Source: an uncultured virus (IMG/VR IMGVR_UViG_3300042691_027621) (taxonomy: Duplodnaviria > Heunggongvirae > Uroviricota > Caudoviricetes). From it: DNA of 64,000 nucleotides. The stretch is from the IMG/VR virus record IMGVR_UViG_3300042691_027621, positions 1-64,000 of that record. One strand, written 5' to 3'. Positions within the stretch are counted from its first letter, which is position 1. The number at the start of each line of letters is the position of its first letter. Below the pieces are notes generated by a model. The model saw only the letters and a program-made list of their open reading frames with translations. It ran no database searches and was not told where the DNA came from. A program made the position numbers and the translations under genes. Of the stretch, positions 59,684 to 64,000 are shown piece by piece.

Positions 59684-60649
59684 ATGACATACGTAAGCGG
59701 TGGTTTAATACAGGCCACAGACTATAATGGATTCGTAAGTACCAATGCCAATGCCAACGTCAACGACGTTTGGGGCACTGGATCGGGAGACAAAGGCTGG
59801 GGGCAAAGTGCGCTGGCCACTGTGAGTGCTACCAATACAATCACTGCTACTCAATGGGGTAGTTTGGTCAACACTCTTGCCAGCATGGGAAGCCAGACCA
59901 ACACCGCAATCACTGCAAGATCAGCACCCACCACTGGGCAAACCATTGGCATACTATCAGCTCTCAACACTGATCTAACCAACATAACCACTAACCGCGC
60001 ATTTGCAGCAGCCAACGGTAGTCAATTTACAGGATGGACTGGCACCAATTCTAAAACCGCTGCCACATCGGGCGCACCCTGGAGCATTACTTTTACCAAT
60101 ACAGTAACTTTTGCTAGTGCAAATGCTGCTCGCTGGTTTTTCAATGCTGGAGGTCGAATCAAACTAGACGTAAGCAAAACAGCCACAGGTGCCACAGGCG
60201 ATCCAGAATGGAACGATCTGGCCAATACCTTGTGTGGTGATATATTTTTCACCGGCATTGCTGCCAGCAAAACTATTGCTGGTGCTGCATACACTGGAAC
60301 TACCAAAGTTGGCGGTTCGGGTACGCCCAACACACTGAGCACTGCTACTGGTTTTTATGCTTTGACCCCTGGTGCAGCAGCCACTATTATCTATAAACAG
60401 TTTGCCGATACTGCTCCGTACACCGCAAACTTTATTCAACACAGTGTGGCGCTGAACGCCGCTTCGACTGTTTTAACATTTACTACACTTTGGTCAGCAT
60501 CAGACGGCGACCCAATTTCGGGCGGTACTGCAAGTACAGGAGCCACTCCCGGAACTGCACCTACTACTATTTGTACATATTTCCCGCCCTCAACAACATA
60601 TTTGAGCAACAGTTGGGGAACACCAGCTGTAGCTGCTACAACAGTTTAA
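59684..60649 (+). CDS. Thr/Ala/Gly-rich virion structural protein (tail-associated)
   Basis: I.ATDYN...GWGQ...ITATQW..L and VTFASANAARWFFNAGGRI motifs; last gene before a terminator. Confidence 0.6.
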   Translation: MTYVSGGLIQATDYNGFVSTNANANVNDVWGTGSGDKGWGQSALATVSATNTITATQWGSLVNTLASMGSQTNTAITARSAPTTGQTIGILSALNTDLTNITTNRAFAAANGSQFTGWTGTNSKTAATSGAPWSITFTNTVTFASANAARWFFNAGGRIKLDVSKTATGATGDPEWNDLANTLCGDIFFTGIAASKTIAGAAYTGTTKVGGSGTPNTLSTATGFYALTPGAAATIIYKQFADTAPYTANFIQHSVALNAASTVLTFTTLWSASDGDPISGGTASTGATPGTAPTTICTYFPPSTTYLSNSWGTPAVAATTV

Positions 60650-60652
60650 TCA

Positions 60653-60690
60653 AAAGGGCCGCAAGGCCCTTTACTTTTCTCTTTTTTTCC
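60653..60690 (+). terminator. Rho-independent terminator ending the tail operon
   Basis: AAAGGGCC-GCAA-GGCCCTTT followed by a pyrimidine/U-rich tract. Confidence 0.85.
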
Positions 60691-60698
60691 TGTATACT
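60670..60698 (+). promoter_or_regulatory. sigma70-type promoter overlapping the terminator tail
   Basis: TTTACT-17 nt-TATACT, with the ATG 6 nt downstream. Confidence 0.55.
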
Positions 60699-60704
60699 AA
60701 CATC

Positions 60705-61013
60705 ATGGATACTGATGCCCTTGTTGCTCACGCACGAGCAAGATTTAATCATGCTGTTGCAAAACGGCTACTAAAAGAAAAATACCTGGCCAAAATGACC
60801 TTTGCTTATCGCGGTGGCATGTGGCGTGCTGGTCCTGAACTGCTGGCTGTGTTACAAACTGTGCCAGTAGAAGATGAAGTGGTTATTGTTGACTTATACG
60901 AAAACCCTGTTAAAATTGATCCACTAGAACTACAGCACTTGGCATTTGACCGTTGGCAAGAACAAATGAATGCCTGGCACGTGGAGTTTGAAGAAATGAG
61001 CAAACGTCGATGA
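60705..61013 (+). CDS. Hypothetical protein
   Basis: 102 aa; GGMWRAGPELL...IVDLYENPVKI; ATGA-coupled to the next gene. Confidence 0.7.
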   Translation: MDTDALVAHARARFNHAVAKRLLKEKYLAKMTFAYRGGMWRAGPELLAVLQTVPVEDEVVIVDLYENPVKIDPLELQHLAFDRWQEQMNAWHVEFEEMSKRR

Positions 61014-61813
61014 CCACCGGCGCACTGATATTTGCATTTAACAATGAACAAACCGACTACCTTGCTATGGCTCGATGGAATGCTGCAAACATTCGTAGGC
61101 ACCTTAACATTCCAGTGGCCGTGGTCACAGACCAAACAGGATCTGATATTGTGGAAGGATTTGATCACGTCATTCATGCAGACCCCAAAGCGGGAGGAAC
61201 CCGTTATTTCCAGGATTATGATGCCACTGTTACGTGGCATAACGCAGGCCGAGTTGATGCTTATAGTTTGTCCCCTTGGGACTGCACACTAGTATTAGAT
61301 GCTGATTATGTTGTGGCCAGTGCTGCACTGCGCAATGTAATCAACGCTGATCGTGACTTTATGTGCTATCGCTGGGCCACAGACATGACCACTGGACGGG
61401 AGTTAGAAGCTCTCAACACATTTGGGCGCCATCAAATGCCCATGCGTTGGGCCACAGTAATGATGTTCCGTAGATCAAACACAGCACAATATATATTTGA
61501 CTGTATGCAAATGATTCAAGACAACTGGCAACACTATCGCGATTTGTATGCCATAGACAAAAGCACATATCGCAACGACTTTGCATTGAGTATTGCTCTG
61601 GGCATTGTAAGTGGACACACCAACCATGTAAGTGATATTCCATGGCCCATGATGAGCGTCATGCCTGAACATACTTTAAAGCAAGTGGACGCTGACAGTT
61701 ACGAGATTACATTTGTAGATGCTGATCGAAAACCTCAAACAGTAGGCTGGATTGGTTTTGATTTCCATGCCATGGGCAAACGTCATTTGGAGAATATCGT
61801 TGCGTCCTGTTGA
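61010..61813 (+). CDS. Putative GT-A fold glycosyltransferase (GT8-like)
   Basis: DYLAMA, VAVVTD, LSPWDCTLVLDADY (DxD), WATVMMF and RNDFALSIA motifs. Confidence 0.7.
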   Translation: MTTGALIFAFNNEQTDYLAMARWNAANIRRHLNIPVAVVTDQTGSDIVEGFDHVIHADPKAGGTRYFQDYDATVTWHNAGRVDAYSLSPWDCTLVLDADYVVASAALRNVINADRDFMCYRWATDMTTGRELEALNTFGRHQMPMRWATVMMFRRSNTAQYIFDCMQMIQDNWQHYRDLYAIDKSTYRNDFALSIALGIVSGHTNHVSDIPWPMMSVMPEHTLKQVDADSYEITFVDADRKPQTVGWIGFDFHAMGKRHLENIVASC

Positions 61814-62564
61814 AGAACAAGGTTACATTATTCCTGCGTTCAATGTAGACAAGATAGACTACGTTGATTGTGCTCGTACCTTGGCAAAAACTTTACTGGC
61901 ACAACATCCCAGGGCACGTATCTGTTTGCTGACCAACGAACCCTATGCAGCGGACTATAGTTTGTTTGCCTACACACACGTTGTAGACATCAATCGAGAA
62001 AATCCCTATGCCAACGACCCTTTGGTATTTGCTCAAACACCCTTCCGCGAAACTATCAAGCTAGAAGCAGACATGCTGATTGCCAGTCCAATAGATCACT
62101 GGTGGACCATGTTTAGGCATCGTGATGTGGTGTTGTCCACTGGCTGCCGTAACTGGCGCGACGAAATCAGCACAGCTCGAGACTACCGAACAGTTTTTGA
62201 TCAAAACAATTTGCCAGACGTGTACAATGCTATTACCTATTGGCGTCGCAGTGAAATGGCCAAAGAGTTCTTTGACACTGTGCGCAATATATTTGTTCAT
62301 TGGACAGAATATCGTCGGCTCATCAAATACTCGCCCGATGTACCAGATACAGATTTGGTCTATGCCATGGCTGCACAGGTTATAGGGCCTGAATTGGTTA
62401 CTATTCCAGGATCGCCCTCAATTGTACACATGAAACAAGCACATGCAGGCACAGCCACAAAAGACTGGACACAAGAATTGGTTTGGGAAATGAATCCATT
62501 GAGAATCAATACCGTTGCTCAATGGGGTGCGTTCCACTATAATGTTAAAAGGTGGCAACCATGA
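61800..62564 (+). CDS. Putative GT-A fold glycosyltransferase (paralog of the upstream gene)
   Basis: DYVDCARTLA, TPFRETIKLEADM, LPDVYNAITYW, TDLVYAMA and HMK motifs; probable TTG start at 61800 after GGAG. Confidence 0.65.
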   Translation: MRPVEEQGYIIPAFNVDKIDYVDCARTLAKTLLAQHPRARICLLTNEPYAADYSLFAYTHVVDINRENPYANDPLVFAQTPFRETIKLEADMLIASPIDHWWTMFRHRDVVLSTGCRNWRDEISTARDYRTVFDQNNLPDVYNAITYWRRSEMAKEFFDTVRNIFVHWTEYRRLIKYSPDVPDTDLVYAMAAQVIGPELVTIPGSPSIVHMKQAHAGTATKDWTQELVWEMNPLRINTVAQWGAFHYNVKRWQP

Positions 62565-62887
62565 TGACCCCAGATGAATTCTTTGGTGTATTAGAAAGTA
62601 TGCCACAACCTCAGTCTGTATTTTATAGACTGTATTATGAAGGTGAACGCCCACTATTCTACAGCATGGAAGACTTGCCCGGTACATACATTGAAGTTAC
62701 CCCTGAACAGTATGCTAGGAGCCAAATGAAAGTGCGTATTCGCAACGGAAGGATAATTCCTATCACTTGGCAAACGGCACAAAAACTCGCACCCAGCAAC
62801 GCAGGCACACTGTGCCATTTGCAAGATGTTGCTATTGTTGTAAAAGAAAACGGAACCTATTGGAGCAAACGGACTTATGAAAGTTGA
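62561..62887 (+). CDS. Hypothetical protein
   Basis: FYRLYY..G...FYSMEDLPG.YIEV motif; coupled to both neighbours. Confidence 0.65.
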   Translation: MMTPDEFFGVLESMPQPQSVFYRLYYEGERPLFYSMEDLPGTYIEVTPEQYARSQMKVRIRNGRIIPITWQTAQKLAPSNAGTLCHLQDVAIVVKENGTYWSKRTYES

Positions 62888-63797
62888 TATCGCAGATTTA
62901 GACTGCATTTACTTAACCTATGACGAACCACAAAAAGAAGAGTTTTGGATCAAAATTCGCAACATGGTGCCTTGGGCAAAACGGGTGGATGGCGTTAAGG
63001 GCAGCGATGCTGCTCACAAAGCGGCGGCGCAGGCCAGTGACAGTGATAGATTCATTCTCATTGATGGCGACAATCTCCCCAACCCGTCGTTTTTTAATCA
63101 GACGCTTGTTCTTCCTAATGAAGAATACAAGAACGCTGTGTTCCGGTGGCGGGCACGTAATCACATTAACGGTTTGATGTACGGCAACGGAGGCCTAAGT
63201 TCATGGACAAAGGAGTTTGTGATGAACATGCAAACTCATGAAGCCACAGACGGACGAGATGAAACTCAGGTAGAGTTTTGTTTTGATCCCTTGTATTGGC
63301 CCATGCATGATTGTTATTCAACAACTTACCCCAACGGTGATGATTTCCATGCGTGGCGTGCAGGATTTCGAGAAGGCGTTAAGATGTGCCTGCAACGCGG
63401 TCGCAAACCCACGGTAGAAGAATTTAAAAATCAAGTGCTACGAAACTTAGACAATCTCACAATCTGGCACAACGTGGGCACAGATGTAGAATATGGCGAG
63501 TGGGCCATCGCTGGCGCACGTCAAGGCACCTATATGACCATGCTTACTAATTGGGATCATACCTTGGTGCAAAGTTTTGATGCCTTGGCCGAACTATGGC
63601 TCACAGTGAAAGATGGCCAACCAAGATTGCTCAGTAATCGGTTGGCCGAGGACTTGCACACACAATTGGATCTGCCAATGGCCATCCTAGAATGTGAACA
63701 AAGCGCATTTTTTAAACATCACTATCGTTTGAACTGGCACAATCAAGGTGTTATGGTTCGAGAAATTGACGTTATTCGCAAGATAGAAGGTTGGTAA
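62877..63797 (+). CDS. Putative GT2-like glycosyltransferase
   Basis: YLTYDEP, RVDGVKGSDAAHKAAA, FILIDGDN (DxD), NGLMYGNGG and AWRAGFREGVKM motifs. Confidence 0.7.
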   Translation: MKVDIADLDCIYLTYDEPQKEEFWIKIRNMVPWAKRVDGVKGSDAAHKAAAQASDSDRFILIDGDNLPNPSFFNQTLVLPNEEYKNAVFRWRARNHINGLMYGNGGLSSWTKEFVMNMQTHEATDGRDETQVEFCFDPLYWPMHDCYSTTYPNGDDFHAWRAGFREGVKMCLQRGRKPTVEEFKNQVLRNLDNLTIWHNVGTDVEYGEWAIAGARQGTYMTMLTNWDHTLVQSFDALAELWLTVKDGQPRLLSNRLAEDLHTQLDLPMAILECEQSAFFKHHYRLNWHNQGVMVREIDVIRKIEGW

Positions 63798-64000
63798 TGA
63801 GCAAAGGCGACCAAAGCCGATTCATGAGCAGTGCGGAACAAATGTCGCAGGACCTAGGTCCTGCGCTGTGTTTGGCTAAATGGAAGCAGGTCAGCTTTCA
63901 CTTGCCCACAGGTCTAAACAACTCATGTTACCATCCGCCCCTGCACCAAATTACCGCAGACGATTTGACACGCCCTGGTGGCCTGCACAATACAGCACAC
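63797..64000 (+). CDS. 5' part of a SPASM/twitch-domain radical-SAM-type protein (truncated by the window)
   Basis: TAATG overlap; MSKGDQ...ALCLAKWKQVSFHLPTGLNNSCYHPP...LHNT resembles the C..(P/K)W...G...(S/P)C SPASM motif. The SAM motif is not in the window. Confidence 0.55.
   Translation, partial: MSKGDQSRFMSSAEQMSQDLGPALCLAKWKQVSFHLPTGLNNSCYHPPLHQITADDLTRPGGLHNTAH

Overview
A 64-kb segment of a large lytic T4-like myovirus genome (Caudoviricetes), read in the standard genetic code. A Bug/TctC gene hints at a betaproteobacterial host. The left arm (mostly minus strand) holds Asn/Gly-rich fibre genes, a TPR-glycosyltransferase, a YadA-like fibre, the head module (gp23, gp22, gp21, an acidic core protein, gp20 portal) and a tape-measure-like protein with an M15 peptidase domain. 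The centre holds a gp26-like chaperone with a candidate -1 frameshift, a coupled accessory operon (DUF1415-like, Bpt/ATE-like transferase, DUF6614-like, DUF6165), a ~430-nt structured non-coding region directly downstream of a minimal GIY-YIG nuclease, gp46 and gp47 separated by an adenylate-forming enzyme and TctC, and the gp55 late sigma factor. The right arm (plus strand) holds the baseplate module (gp48-like, gp53, hub, gp5-like, gp25, gp6, a 4872-aa protein), fibres, a glycosyltransferase cluster and the start of a SPASM/radical-SAM-type gene. T4-type late promoters (TATAAATA/TAAATA) precede most structural genes, and sigma70-type promoters precede gp55, gp47, gp46 and the glycosyltransferase cluster. 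I saw no tRNA, rRNA, CRISPR array, integrase or reverse transcriptase. All family assignments come from motif recognition by eye, not from database searches.
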